From assembly GCA_034530615.2 (NCBI GenBank), contig JAVRCV020000022.1, forward strand, positions 1 through 64,000: DNA of 64,000 nt, written 5' to 3'. This DNA is from Aulosira sp. ZfuVER01 (lineage in GTDB: Bacteria > Cyanobacteriota > Cyanobacteriia > Cyanobacteriales > Nostocaceae). The position numbers and the translations under genes were made by a program. The first letter of the stretch is position 1, and every line of letters starts with the position of its first letter. The notes under the pieces were generated by a model that ran no database searches, had not been told where the DNA came from, and saw nothing but the letters and a program-made list of their open reading frames with translations. Of this stretch, positions 1 through 10,918 are shown piece after piece.

Positions 1-123
1 TCTGAGCCTCATTAATGAACTTCTGAGCCTCATTAATGAACTTCCGAGCCTCATTAATGAACTTCCGAGCCTCATTAACGAACTTCTGAGCCTCATTAAT
101 GAACTTCTGAGCCTCATTAATGA
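1..123. repeat. Tandem 21-bp repeat (TCTGAGCCTCATTAATGAACT), about 6 copies, probably continuing beyond the window start
   Basis: Units at 1, 22, 43, 64, 85 and 106 with 0-2 substitutions each and no spacers. Confidence 0.9.
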
Positions 124-134
124 GGTTTTATAAC

Positions 135-611
135 TCACGAACCAGAAGCGGCTTTAGTCGTTCTACCTTTAATAGCTTTGAAGCGTTCGCCTAATTGTTC
201 CGCGACAGTTTTTAAGCCTGGAGTCTTTTTCGCTGCTGTTTTTACGTAGTCATAAACTGTCAAGCTGCTGCTCATCGCTTCACTACCGACTGCTAGTAGA
301 GTATCATCTACTTGTTCGGTAATTTGGCGCATTGAGGTTAAAAGTTCGGTGAGTGCGGAAGCTAATTAATAATCCCGAACAAGTTCTTCAACATCAAAGC
401 TGGCTGGGAGAATTTCACGGTTCGACTGAGCAGCAGTGACGCTATTATTTACAAACGCCAGGCTTTTATCACCCATTTTTAACAATCTCCGTCGTTCCTC
501 GTTGCTGAGAGTGACTAAAAAGGGTAGCTTTTTTTGGATAGTCTGTAGCGCGGCTTTAATTTCTTGGATATCTTGTGGTGAAATGGAGCCTGTAATGTTT
601 TGGTAAGCCAT
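135..611 (-). pseudogene. Hypothetical protein split by one in-frame stop
   Basis: ORFs 366-611 and 135-332 are in the same frame, joined by RDY*LASALTELLTSMRQ; TAA at 368-366 is probably CAA>TAA. Confidence 0.75.
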
Positions 612-808
612 CGTATTGTTACTGAGGTAATTCTAGGTTTAGGTAGCGATAAATGCTAAGTATAGAATGCCCAGTAAAGGATGCGATCGCACATCTTCTT
701 CTAATTTTCGGTAATAAAATCTAAATTTATCAATATAATTTGCGGATTTTACCAGGAGTAGATTGTGGTTAAGGGATAATAAATGCATTTGCCCATAAAA
801 GCACAGTC

Positions 809-2890
809 ATGACTTGCTGCCTAAATCCAGCTTGCCACAACCCACCCCATTCTGAGTCCACAACGTTTTGCTCTAACTACCAATTTCCTTTGGTAGTGCT
901 GAGAAATCGCTATCGCCCAATTCAATTAATAGGAAATGGGGGATTCGGGAAAACTTATTTAGCAGAAGATTTAGACAAGCTGAATGAATATTGTGTAATC
1001 AAGCAATTTGCGCCGCGAGTACAGGGAACTGCGGCTATAAACAAAGCTACAGAACTATTTGGGCAAGAAGCAAGGCGACTGCAACAATTAGGAGAACATC
1101 CGCAGATTCCCACGCTGTTGGCGTATTTTGAAGAAGAAAATAATCTGTATTTAGTGCAGCAGTTTATCAACGGGCAGAATTTATTAGCTGAATTAAAACA
1201 ACAGGGAACTTTCAACGCAGAAAAAATCTGGGAAGTTTTGCTTGATTTATTAAATATCCTGAAAACGGTTCATCAACACCAAGTTATTCACCGCGATATC
1301 AAACCAGAAAATATCATTCGTCGCAGCACTGACAACAAATTAGTCTTGATAGATTTTGGGATTTCCAAGCAACTCACCATGACAGTTATCAATAACCCAG
1401 GAACAATAATTGGTTCCCCAGGTTATGCGCCATTAGAACAAATGCAGGATGGTAAAGCTTATCCAGCAAGTGATTTATATAGTGTTGGTGCAACTTGCTT
1501 TCACTTATTGAGTGGAATTCATCCTTGGATTATGTGGGAACAACAAGGTTATGGGTGGGTTTCTTCTTGGCGGGAGCATTTGCAACAACCACAAAGCAGC
1601 GAATTAGAGAAGATTCTTGATAAGTTACTGCAAAAAGATTATCAGCAACGTTACCAATCTGCTGAGGAAGTTTTACAGGATTTTAGTTTACCGTTACCAT
1701 CACCTTCACCAGTACACCCAACTGAGGCAGTAGATGTAACTCAACCACCTTCATCATTCCCTGCTACATTACCCCATCAGCCTCAAACTGGAACATCACC
1801 AGCACCAGTAAAGCCAAAAGTAGCGCTACAAAAGGCATCTAGACAAAATATTAATTGGAAAACAAGATTCCTGGTAGGTGCTGCTATTACTTTAGTTGGA
1901 ACTCAAATATATGGTTATGTTCGTTATAGCTTGTTTCCAACTAATCCCATATCTATAATTGCTAGCAAAGATAGCGATGTTTTCTTACAAAAAACCCTCA
2001 TAGGGCATTCTAGCTCGGTTAATTCCGTCGCCTTCAGCCCAGATGGCAAAACCCTTGCTATTGGTAGTGACGACAAGACTATCAAACTGTGGAATCTGGA
2101 AACCGGAGAGCTAATCCGCACCCTTACGTGGCGGGATTTTGATTTTGACTTTGTTACTTCCATCGCTATTAGCCCAGATGGTAAAACCCTTGCCAGTGGT
2201 AGTTTTAACAAAACCATCAAACTGTGGAATTTGGCAACCGGAGAGCTAATCCGTACCCTTACAGGACATTCTAGCTATATTAATTCCGTCGCCATCAGCC
2301 CAGATGGCAACACCCTTGCCAGTGGTGGCAAAGACAAAACCATCAAACTGTGGAATCTGGCAACCGGAGAGCTAATCCGCACCCTTCCTGTGGAACGCTA
2401 CGTGAACACAGGGCATTCTGAATCGGTTACTTCCATCGCTATTAGCCCAGATGGCAAAACCCTAGCCAGTGGTAGTGACGACAAGACTATCAAACTGTGG
2501 AATTTGGCAACAGGAGAGCTAATCCGCACCCTCACAGGGCATTCTAGCTATGTTAATTCCCTGGCTATCAGCCCAGATAGCAAAACTCTTGCTAGTGGTA
2601 GTGATGACAAGACTATCAAATTGTGGAATCTGGCAACCGGAGAGCTAATCCACACTCTCACAGGGCATTCTTCGGAGCTTGCTTGCATCGCCATCAGCCC
2701 AGATGGTAAAACCCTTGCCAGTGGTAGTTGGGACAACACCATCAAACTGTGGAATCTGGCAACGGGAAAGCAAATTCGCACCCTTACAGGGCATTCCAAT
2801 GGGGTTCGTTCTGTCACCATCAGCCCAGATGGCAAAACCCTTGTCAGTGGTAGTGGTGACAAAACCATCAAAATTTGGCGGCTAAATTAG
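809..2890 (+). CDS. Ser/Thr protein kinase with N-terminal Cys-rich motif and C-terminal WD40 repeats
   Basis: CLNPxC N-terminus, GNGGFGKT, HRDIKPEN, DFG; about 7 GHS..V.SVAISPDG..LASGS.D.TIKLW repeats. Confidence 0.95.
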   Translation: MTCCLNPACHNPPHSESTTFCSNYQFPLVVLRNRYRPIQLIGNGGFGKTYLAEDLDKLNEYCVIKQFAPRVQGTAAINKATELFGQEARRLQQLGEHPQIPTLLAYFEEENNLYLVQQFINGQNLLAELKQQGTFNAEKIWEVLLDLLNILKTVHQHQVIHRDIKPENIIRRSTDNKLVLIDFGISKQLTMTVINNPGTIIGSPGYAPLEQMQDGKAYPASDLYSVGATCFHLLSGIHPWIMWEQQGYGWVSSWREHLQQPQSSELEKILDKLLQKDYQQRYQSAEEVLQDFSLPLPSPSPVHPTEAVDVTQPPSSFPATLPHQPQTGTSPAPVKPKVALQKASRQNINWKTRFLVGAAITLVGTQIYGYVRYSLFPTNPISIIASKDSDVFLQKTLIGHSSSVNSVAFSPDGKTLAIGSDDKTIKLWNLETGELIRTLTWRDFDFDFVTSIAISPDGKTLASGSFNKTIKLWNLATGELIRTLTGHSSYINSVAISPDGNTLASGGKDKTIKLWNLATGELIRTLPVERYVNTGHSESVTSIAISPDGKTLASGSDDKTIKLWNLATGELIRTLTGHSSYVNSLAISPDSKTLASGSDDKTIKLWNLATGELIHTLTGHSSELACIAISPDGKTLASGSWDNTIKLWNLATGKQIRTLTGHSNGVRSVTISPDGKTLVSGSGDKTIKIWRLN

Positions 2891-2998
2891 TGAGTGCTGA
2901 GTGCGCTGTTTTGAGTACCATAGCAGATTAATCAAGATAGTCTGGATCTATGGCATCTCAGTTCTATGATAGAAACAAGCCACTCTATGGTTTAACTT

Positions 2999-3592
2999 AT
3001 GTCTTCTCCTGTCCTGGAAAAACCTTCGATTTCTGAGACTTCCTACGTTCTTCTGTACAATGTCAGTTGGGAACAGTTAGAACAGCTTGATGTCGCCCTT
3101 GCAGGAACAAGCGCACGACTAACTTATTTAGATGGGATTCTCGAAATTATGTCCCCACTTTCTGACGACCATGAGGATTATAAAAAAACTCTGGCGATGT
3201 TGCTGGAAGTCTATATGCTGGCAAAGAATATCCGCTTTTATGGTCGGGGAAGTGCAACTATAGGTAAACAGGAAGACAAAACGCGACGGGAACCAGATGA
3301 GTCTTATAATTTAGGCACAAAAAAATCTATTCCCGATTTAATTTTGGAAATAACTGTTACGAGTGGCGGAATTAATAAGCTAGAAATTTATCAGCGTTTG
3401 CGAGTACCTGAAGTTTGGTTTTGGGAAGATGGTTTATTATCAGTTTATTGTTTGCAAGGTGACAGCTATATAAAAGTCTCTAAAAGTACTTTATTGCCTG
3501 ATTTAAATTTGGATATATTAGCAAAATGTGCGCTAATGGCTGACCAATATGATGCTGTGACTGAATATAGTCAGATAATAGCTAAGGAATAG
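2999..3592 (+). CDS. Uma2 family (PD-(D/E)xK) endonuclease-like protein
   Basis: LEIMSP, EPDESY, PDLILEITVTS and VPEVWFW motifs. Confidence 0.9.
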   Translation: MSSPVLEKPSISETSYVLLYNVSWEQLEQLDVALAGTSARLTYLDGILEIMSPLSDDHEDYKKTLAMLLEVYMLAKNIRFYGRGSATIGKQEDKTRREPDESYNLGTKKSIPDLILEITVTSGGINKLEIYQRLRVPEVWFWEDGLLSVYCLQGDSYIKVSKSTLLPDLNLDILAKCALMADQYDAVTEYSQIIAKE

Positions 3593-3705
3593 TAATTCAG
3601 GATTGAATAATCACAACATAAACTTAATCAAGATTAACCCAACAAAAACAAGACTTTGATCTGTTGGGTTTCGTTTTTCAACCCAACCTACATCTGAGTA
3701 ACTTT

Positions 3706-3933
3706 TTATTTATCGTCGCTATCTCCCGCATCAATTCTCTGTCTAATTGCTTCTTCAGCGATGCGAATATTTTCCTCTAGTTGTGTTCCATCTGCTGTAG
3801 CCAGTGGAGGCATAGTTTTCCATTTCAGACTAGGATGCTGAAACAGCACACGCATAGCTTCCATATCATCACGGTGTTCTAATACATATTTTCTTAACTC
3901 AGGTACACTCATCTGTTCAAAGTTCGGTTTCAT
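3706..3933 (-). CDS. DUF6887-like small protein (putative toxin-antitoxin component)
   Basis: MKPNFEQMSVPELRKYVLEHRDD N-terminus typical of this cyanobacterial family. Confidence 0.7.
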   Translation of the reverse strand: MKPNFEQMSVPELRKYVLEHRDDMEAMRVLFQHPSLKWKTMPPLATADGTQLEENIRIAEEAIRQRIDAGDSDDK

Positions 3934-3975
3934 CTACAAACCTCCAAGGTTCATGAGAGGGTACGATGATTTGTA

Positions 3976-4051
3976 TGTCTGTGGTAGTGGTGACAATACC
4001 ATCAAAATTTGGCGGCTAAAGTAGTGAGTGCTGCGATCGCAGTTTTGAGTA
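3976..4051 (+). repeat. Second copy of the kinase 3' end and downstream flank (direct repeat of 2842-2917)
   Basis: 76-bp near-identical sequence including GGTAGTGGTGACAA.ACCATCAAAATTTGGCGGCTAAA.TAGTGAGTGCTG. Confidence 0.85.
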
Positions 4052-4309
4052 TTGAGCTAAACACAGATGCAACTACAGCGAAATAATAGCTTCATTAGCA
4101 CGTTTACCGGAGATGCAAGGGGAGCGATCGCACTACAGCAAAATTATAGTTTCATTGCTGCCATACTCCGTGGTGGTGTTATGCGATATTCCTACGGAAC
4201 GCTGCGCGATCGCTTACTGAAAATTGAAATTGAGTATCAAAAGCGTCGCTACGATAATTACTATAAAATTTCAAGTTAGGATGAAATGAGCGAGAGAGAT
4301 TTTGTTGTC

Positions 4310-4627
4310 ATGAATAAGAGGACTCAACTGCTCGAAGTAATTGCAGCTTTACCAGAGGAATTAGTTGACCAAGCATTGAATTACGTGCAAATGTTGCAAA
4401 ATCCGATTCAGATTACACCTGGAATTTGCGGAGGACAAGCACGAATTAGAAATACACGAATTCCCGTATGGACTTTGGTCGCATATCGTCAACAAGGTGC
4501 TTTGGATGAAGAATTATTGGCAAATTATCCTGGATTGACTAGGGAAGATTTAAGTGCTGCTTGGAATTACTACGAACAAAATCCCGAACAAATCGACCGA
4601 GAAATTGCCCAAGATGATTTAGTTTGA
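4310..4627 (+). CDS. DUF433 domain protein (putative antitoxin)
   Basis: TPGICGGQARIRNTRIPV and YPGLTREDLSAA motifs; alternative start at 4286. Confidence 0.88.
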   Translation: MNKRTQLLEVIAALPEELVDQALNYVQMLQNPIQITPGICGGQARIRNTRIPVWTLVAYRQQGALDEELLANYPGLTREDLSAAWNYYEQNPEQIDREIAQDDLV

Positions 4628-5019
4628 TGGCATTACAATTTTACTCCAATGAAAACTTCCCGATCGCAATGGTAAATTTACTCAGAGCAGAGGGATATAA
4701 TGTATTAACTTCCTACGAAACAGGTCAAGCAAATCAAGGTATTTCTGACGATGTTGTTTTGCAGTATGCTACAAAGATAGGTCGCATCTTGATTACGGAA
4801 AATCGCCAGGATTTCATAGATTTGCATCGTATTGTATCAAATCATGCTGGCATAATTATTTTTAAAAGCGATCGTGATTATGCTGGGAAAGTCAAGGCAA
4901 TAATTGATTTTCTGAATGAAGATAGTCGAACCTTAGAGAATCGTTTGTTGCGGGTTATGAAGCAAAATATAAAAGCAGTCGGACAGATTTTTGTCATACA
5001 AGAGTATGGTAAAGGTTGA
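4627..5019 (+). CDS. DUF5615 PIN-like protein (putative toxin)
   Basis: YSNENFP, SDDVVLQYA, LITENRQDF and HAGII motifs; TGATG overlap with the DUF433 gene. Confidence 0.85.
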   Translation: MALQFYSNENFPIAMVNLLRAEGYNVLTSYETGQANQGISDDVVLQYATKIGRILITENRQDFIDLHRIVSNHAGIIIFKSDRDYAGKVKAIIDFLNEDSRTLENRLLRVMKQNIKAVGQIFVIQEYGKG

Positions 5020-5043
5020 TTGCAATCTCTTCGATGTCTCTAA

Positions 5044-6096
5044 TTGCAGGTTCCACAATTAATTCATTTTCAAACCAATCTTGAATATTCTTTTTTCGTA
5101 ATACCAAATGCAGATATTTACTTACGTCTAATATCAGAAATTGCTTTATACTTACGCCAAAATAAACCTAAAAATCCTTGGCGAGGAGTAGTGATTTATC
5201 CCAGCAGAGATATAGATGTCGGGGATAAAGAACATTTCTTAGAATTATTCCAAAGCCAGCGTATCAGTATAATTTACTTAGATGAATTAGGCGAATCTGC
5301 ATCCTTACCAATAGGTATTGCTACGATAAAATTAGTAATTGAAGGAGAAGATACAGCAATTAACACCGCTAGGGAATTAATCAACCGCACCCAGCAAGCA
5401 GAAAATTTACAACTTCCACAAAAACAATTACTAAATGGCGTATTTCTTCCCATCCAAGAAGAAAGCCCGATTTATTTTGTAGAAGTCCAATTTCAACCAG
5501 ACTCAGATATTTACTTACGCCTAATATCAGAAGTTGCTTTATACTTACGCCAAAATAAACCTAAAAATCCTTGGCGAGGAGTATTGATTTATCCCAGCAG
5601 AGATATAGATGTCGGGGATAAAGAACATTTCTTAGAATTATTCCAAAGCCAGCGTATCAGTATAATTTACTTAGATGAATTAGGCGAAGCCGCATCCCTG
5701 CCGCTAGGTATTGCTACGATAAAATTAGTAATTGAAGGGGAAGATACAGCAATTAACACCCCCAGGGAATTAATCAACCGCACCCAGCAAGCAGTAAATT
5801 TAGAACTTCCACAAAAACAATTACTAGAATTGATTGAGACAATCCTAGTTTATAAATTTCCGCAAATGAGCCAAAAGGAGATAGAAGCAATGTTTGGTTT
5901 AAGTGATTTAAAGCAAACGCGAGTTTACCAAGAAGCTGAACAAGAAGGTAAACAGAAAGGTCGTTTGGAAGCAAAATTAGAAGCTGTACCTAAGTTTTTA
6001 GCACTGGGTTTAACTGTAGAACAGATAGCGCAGGCGTTGGATTTGGATATTGCACAAGTTCAGCAAGTAGCACAGCAAACACCTCCAAATCAATAA
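5044..6096 (+). pseudogene. Rpn/DUF2887 family nuclease-like gene, 5'-truncated with an internal tandem duplication
   Basis: YFVEVQFQPD, ELIETILVYKFP and LKQTRVYQEA motifs; 5111-5433 repeated at 5504-5826; normal N-terminus missing. Confidence 0.7.
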
Positions 6097-6164
6097 ATTA
6101 AGATTAACGCGATCGCTATCTAAACTAGAAATATCAGCAAAACCCCATACTTGGAGGTGCAGCA

Positions 6165-6902
6165 GTGGTACAACAAGTCACACCAGAAACCACCATTAAA
6201 GTTATCTACCCGGAAAGCGACGGACAGCCAATGGCGGATAATACAGAACAATTTACCTGGATTGTCAAAATTAAAGAAAATTTAGAAATCCTCTTTGCAT
6301 CGCCAGCTGATGTATTTATCGCCGGAGATTTGTTTTGGTATCCAGTTCAAGGAAACTCGAATATTAAACAAGCGCCCGATACGATGGTAGTCTTTGGCAG
6401 ACCAAAAGGAAAACGCGGTTCTTATTTACAGTGGGATGAAGATAATATTCCCCCACAGGTAGTATTTGAAATACTCTCGCCTGGTAATACCCTCAAAGAA
6501 ATGACCAAAAAATTACAGTTTTATCAGCGTTACGGCGTAGAAGAATATTATATTTACGATCCAAATAAAAACGATTTAAATGGCTTACTCCGTTCTGGCG
6601 ATAGTTTTGAAGTCATTGAAGAGATGAATGGCTGGGTAAGTCCGCGTTTGGGAATCCGTTTTCAACTAACAGCAGAAACTCTGGAAATATTTTCACCCAC
6701 CGGACAAAAGTTTTTGACACCTGTAGAAATTGACTCCTTACGGGAACAGGAACGTCAACGTGCAGAACAAGAATCTCAACGTGCAGAACAGGAACGCCAA
6801 GCCAAGGAAGCGGCTTTACAAGAATTACAACAAGAGCGCGATCGCTATCAAGAATTGTTAGCTAAACTCAAACAGCAGGGAATTGACACAGATAATTTGT
6901 AA
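6165..6902 (+). CDS. Uma2 family protein with coiled-coil tail
   Basis: YPESDGQPMADNT, APDTMVVFGRPKG, VVFEILSPGN motifs and EQERQRAE repeats. Confidence 0.9.
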   Translation: MVQQVTPETTIKVIYPESDGQPMADNTEQFTWIVKIKENLEILFASPADVFIAGDLFWYPVQGNSNIKQAPDTMVVFGRPKGKRGSYLQWDEDNIPPQVVFEILSPGNTLKEMTKKLQFYQRYGVEEYYIYDPNKNDLNGLLRSGDSFEVIEEMNGWVSPRLGIRFQLTAETLEIFSPTGQKFLTPVEIDSLREQERQRAEQESQRAEQERQAKEAALQELQQERDRYQELLAKLKQQGIDTDNL

Positions 6903-6929
6903 TTAGCGATCGCACCTGGTCAATCGTAG

Positions 6930-7877
6930 CTACTTTCCGATAAAATTGATCGCAATTTTGCCAACTGCACGTTCTGTTTCACTTTCTGTATGAGCCGCTG
7001 CTAATTCTGATAACGGATATGTGCGGTGAATCACAACACGAATTTTACCCGCTTCAATCAACTCTTTTAAATAAAGCAAGTCTTTAGTATTGGGTTTTTC
7101 TAAGATAAATTTGACTTTTTGACCAGGTAGGAAAGTTGTTAAAATACTTTGCACGAAACTTTCAGCGCTGGGTAGGGTTGTGATATATACACCATTGGGT
7201 TTGAGGACTCGTTTGCATTCAGAAGGCGATCGCTTACCAACAGCATCGAAAATAATGTCATACTGCCCTGTTTCTTGGGTAAAGTCTTGTTGCTTATAGT
7301 CAATTACCCTATCTGCTCCCAAAGATTTGACTAAATCCACGTTTTTAGTACTGCAAACTCCCGTTACCTCTGTCCCCAAAGCCTTGGCAATTTGCACAGC
7401 AAAAATGCCCACACCGCCAGCAGCACCATTAATCAAAACACTTTGCCCAGCCTGGATATTACCCTGGTCGCGCAATGCTTGCAAAGCTGTGAGCGCAGCT
7501 AAAGGAACAACCGCTGCTTCTTCATAGCTCAAGTTCGTAGGTTTGGGAGCCGCTAAATTTTCCGGAATAGCAGCAAATTCTGCATAAGCGCCTCCAGGTA
7601 AAGCAGTACTACCGTAGATTGCGTCTCCAGGTTGAAAACGCCTGACACTAGCACCAACTTCGACAACTTCTCCCGCCAAATCAAACCCCAAAATCATCGG
7701 GAAGTTGTAACCTGTGAGCAATTGCAACATTCCCTGGCGAATTTTCCAATCAACAGGATTTACGCTACTGGCGTGAATCTTCACAAGTATTTGGTCAGGT
7801 TTAATTTTTGGTTGCTCCACATCCTCATACTGCAACACCTCAGCAGAGCCATATCGGCGGATGACAACAGCTTTCAT
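6930..7877 (-). CDS. NAD(P)-dependent oxidoreductase, MDR/quinone reductase family
   Basis: SVNPVDWKIRQG, VLINGAAGGVG and LGADRVIDY motifs. Confidence 0.92.
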   Translation of the reverse strand: MKAVVIRRYGSAEVLQYEDVEQPKIKPDQILVKIHASSVNPVDWKIRQGMLQLLTGYNFPMILGFDLAGEVVEVGASVRRFQPGDAIYGSTALPGGAYAEFAAIPENLAAPKPTNLSYEEAAVVPLAALTALQALRDQGNIQAGQSVLINGAAGGVGIFAVQIAKALGTEVTGVCSTKNVDLVKSLGADRVIDYKQQDFTQETGQYDIIFDAVGKRSPSECKRVLKPNGVYITTLPSAESFVQSILTTFLPGQKVKFILEKPNTKDLLYLKELIEAGKIRVVIHRTYPLSELAAAHTESETERAVGKIAINFIGK

Positions 7878-8445
7878 TCCTATTCCTCCGGCTACCCTGT
7901 TTTTCTCTCTGAATACAGTTTACTGGGGACTGGGAATTGAGGATTAAGGACAAGGAAGACAAGCTGATATCTTGTACTTCTCCGTACACTCCTTGGGTTA
8001 GGGAGACAATTAATAATAAAGTTACATTATTTTTATCGATTATTATCGCTAAATCAAAGACTTTGGTTTTTTTACTTAGTCCTTAAATAACATCAACTTT
8101 TTTTAGAAGATATTAACAAGGTAAAAATACTTCCTTGTCTTCCCCCTTTTGAAAGAAAGAAAAATTAAAGGTGAAAAATTAAATTTTTTGAAAATGATAT
8201 GCATTAGTTCACTTGCTCTTACTCATCTATAAGCTTGATATAGCAAGCTTTAGAAGCCTTATTGAATATCATTCTTAATGAAATATTAAAAAAATATAAA
8301 TTGCATTTTTCCCTCAAAAAAAATGATAGGTTGGATACAGAATTGAATTTCGCACGTATCTGGAGTAGAACAACGTAGCCTACTCCAGTTTTTCCCCTCT
8401 CAATCCCCTATCAGTACTAGCTTTGGGAGAGTTTCGGGGAAAGTT

Positions 8446-8651
8446 TGAGTACAAGCTCAAACATCTAAAAATAATATAAAATGTCGCCCAAAGTATTGCA
8501 GGGACTTAATTTTAGCTGAGTACAAACAAATCCTGTACCCCACTTCAAAAATACTTGTACCCCAATCAGAAAAGACTAGAACCCCTACCCGAAAAAAACT
8601 TTTTTAATTCTTGTAATGCCTAATTTATCAAGGTTTGAAGATTTGAGTACA
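8446..8651 (+). promoter_or_regulatory. nifB upstream regulatory motifs (TGAGTACA x3, likely CnfR-responsive)
   Basis: TGAGTACA at 8446, 8517 and 8644, plus inverted variants TGTACCCCA at 8534 and 8556; motif known from heterocystous nifB promoters. Confidence 0.7.
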
Positions 8652-9056
8652 AACCTAATAAATCCAATAAATTCTATTCCATATATACATATCGGCAACC
8701 TAAGAAACGGCTGATATAAATCATATATCGCCAATCACTTAACGCTTCTACACAAAATAAAAGCGAAGAGTGAGTGGAGGGATGAGATAGCACCATGCTC
8801 CTGTGAATAGAAGTCGCGGCGTTATGCACGAATTCTACCCACGACCCAAACGTTGACACACACCAGCCGAAAATCAAGGATTGTAAGCCTGCCCTACTCT
8901 AAAATTGGATGTTTTAATCAGCATCTACGCTACCGCAAAAGAGTAAGTTCCTGCGAGCAACATGAGTAGAAGCTGCGACTTCGATTCCTGGGCATCAAGA
9001 GTAGCAACGGCATCTCTCACAGTGGCAAGCCAGTCCACCGACCCTTGCGAAATTCA

Positions 9057-10505
9057 ATGACACTACCGTCTACAGGACTCCTCACCTCCTCCAGTCAGGA
9101 ACCGACCACTACCCAAGCCAAATCAGGTGGTTGCGGATGCGACAGCAAAAGCAGCGCCACCGTAGAAATGGATGAAAAACTTAAGGCACGCATTGCCCAA
9201 CATCCCTGCTATAGCGAAGACGCACACCACCACTACGCCAGAATGCACGTTGCAGTCGCTCCGGCTTGCAACATTCAATGCAACTACTGCAACCGCAAAT
9301 TTGACTGCGCTAATGAAAGTCGTCCTGGTGTAGTTAGCGAGTTGCTAACTCCAGAAGAAGCAGCGCATAAAGTATTGGTGATTGCAGGTAAGATTCCCCA
9401 AATGACAGTCTTGGGAATTGCTGGTCCTGGCGATCCACTGGCGAATCCAGAAAAGACATTTCGCACCTTTGAGTTGATTGCAGACAAAGCACCAGATATC
9501 AAACTTTGCCTTTCAACCAATGGTTTGATGCTGACCGAATATGTCGATCGCATCAAACAACTCAATATAGATCACGTTACTATTACCCTTAACACAATCG
9601 ACCCAGAAATCGGCGCACAGATTTATTCTTGGGTTCACTACAAGCGTAAGCGTTATAGAGGTGTTGAGGGAGCCAAGATTCTGCTCGAAAAGCAGATGGA
9701 AGGATTGCAAGCCCTCAAAGAAGCCGATATCTTGTGCAAAGTCAACTCGGTAATGATTCCGGGAATCAATGACCAGCACTTGGTAGAAGTCAATAAATTC
9801 ATTCGTGAAAACGGCGCATTCCTACACAACATCATGCCGTTGATTTCTGCACCAGAACACGGCACGCACTTCGGCTTAACCGGTCAACGCGGCCCTACAA
9901 CCAAAGAACTCAAAGAAGTTCAAGACAACTGCGCCGGCAATATGAAGATGATGCGTCACTGCCGCCAATGCCGCGCTGATGCTGTAGGATTATTAGGAGA
10001 AGACCGCAGCCAAGAATTTACCAAAGATAAATTCTTAGAAATGGCTCCCGAATATAACCTCGAACAACGCCAAGAAGTTCACGAAGGTATTGAGAAGTTT
10101 AAACAAGAAATTAAAGCAGCCAAAGAAAAGGCACTAACTGGCAAGAAATTTGCTAATAATCCCAAAGTCCTGGTTGCAGTCGCAACCAAAGGTAGTGGAT
10201 TAGTTAACCAACACTTCGGTCATGCGAAGGAATTCCAGATTTACGAAGTAGATGGTAGTGAAGTACGCTTTATCAGTCATCGCAAAATAGACCACTATTG
10301 CCAAGGTGGATTTGGAGAAGAAGCCACTCTAGACTACATAATTAAAGCGATCGCAGATTGCAAAGCGGTTTTAGTCTCCAAAATTGGGAACTGTCCCAAA
10401 GAAGAATTGCACAAAGCTGGCATACAGACTGTTGAAGCTTATGACGTAATTGAAAAGGTTGCTTTGGAATTTTACGAGCAATATGTCGAAGGACTAGGCA
10501 AATAA
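9057..10505 (+). CDS. nifB: Nitrogenase cofactor biosynthesis radical SAM protein NifB
   Basis: [13 protein letters not shown] radical SAM motif, CRQCRADA, C-terminal NifX-like domain (NQHFGHA). Confidence 0.98.
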   Translation: MTLPSTGLLTSSSQEPTTTQAKSGGCGCDSKSSATVEMDEKLKARIAQHPCYSEDAHHHYARMHVAVAPACNIQCNYCNRKFDCANESRPGVVSELLTPEEAAHKVLVIAGKIPQMTVLGIAGPGDPLANPEKTFRTFELIADKAPDIKLCLSTNGLMLTEYVDRIKQLNIDHVTITLNTIDPEIGAQIYSWVHYKRKRYRGVEGAKILLEKQMEGLQALKEADILCKVNSVMIPGINDQHLVEVNKFIRENGAFLHNIMPLISAPEHGTHFGLTGQRGPTTKELKEVQDNCAGNMKMMRHCRQCRADAVGLLGEDRSQEFTKDKFLEMAPEYNLEQRQEVHEGIEKFKQEIKAAKEKALTGKKFANNPKVLVAVATKGSGLVNQHFGHAKEFQIYEVDGSEVRFISHRKIDHYCQGGFGEEATLDYIIKAIADCKAVLVSKIGNCPKEELHKAGIQTVEAYDVIEKVALEFYEQYVEGLGK

Positions 10506-10507
10506 GG

Positions 10508-10604
10508 TATGGGGCATGGGGCATGGGATCATAATGATTTTCGATGCCCACCCAAAAAGCCCAATCCCCAATGCCCATTGCCCAATCCCCAATGCCCAAT
10601 CCCC
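10508..10604. repeat. STRR heptamer repeats (GGGGCAT / CCCCAAT / TGCCCAA) between nifB and fdxN
   Basis: Tandem heptamers in inverted arrangement, characteristic of Nostocales. Confidence 0.8.
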
Positions 10605-10619
10605 AAAAGGAGAATAGTC

Positions 10620-10918
10620 ATGGCTTACAAAATCACTAGCCAATGTATTTCCTGCGATTTGTGTCTGTCTATCTGTCCTACTGGTGCAATCAAAATAGTT
10701 GATGGTAATCGCTGGATTGACCCCGAACTTTGCACAAATTGCGTCGGTAGTATTCATACAGTAGCTCAATGTAAAGCTGGTTGTCCTACCTGCGATGGTT
10801 GCGTTAAACAACCTAGCGATTATTGGGAAGGTTGGTTTGCCAACTACAACCGCGTTTTAGCGAAATTAACTAATAAAGAAGATTACTGGGAGCGTTGGTT
10901 TAACTGTTATTCTCAGAA
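10620..10918 (+). CDS. fdxN: FdxN bacterial-type ferredoxin, 5' part (interrupted by excision element)
   Basis: AGGAG RBS; CISCDLCLSICP and CTNC...CKAGCP motifs; frame continues at 50559 after excision. Confidence 0.93.

Noticed and set aside
1..123. Tandem repeat as a possible CRISPR array
   Set aside because: Units are contiguous with no spacers
4067..4279. 70-aa ORF, plus the many antisense ORFs overlapping kinase, nif, cas and recombinase genes
   Set aside because: No motifs; intergenic HIP1-rich sequence or shadow frames of well-supported genes
10509..10619. N-terminal extension of the FdxN ORF (and similarly NifU 52039-52152)
   Set aside because: Read-through of STRR repeats; the conserved starts are at 10620 (with an AGGAG RBS) and 52153
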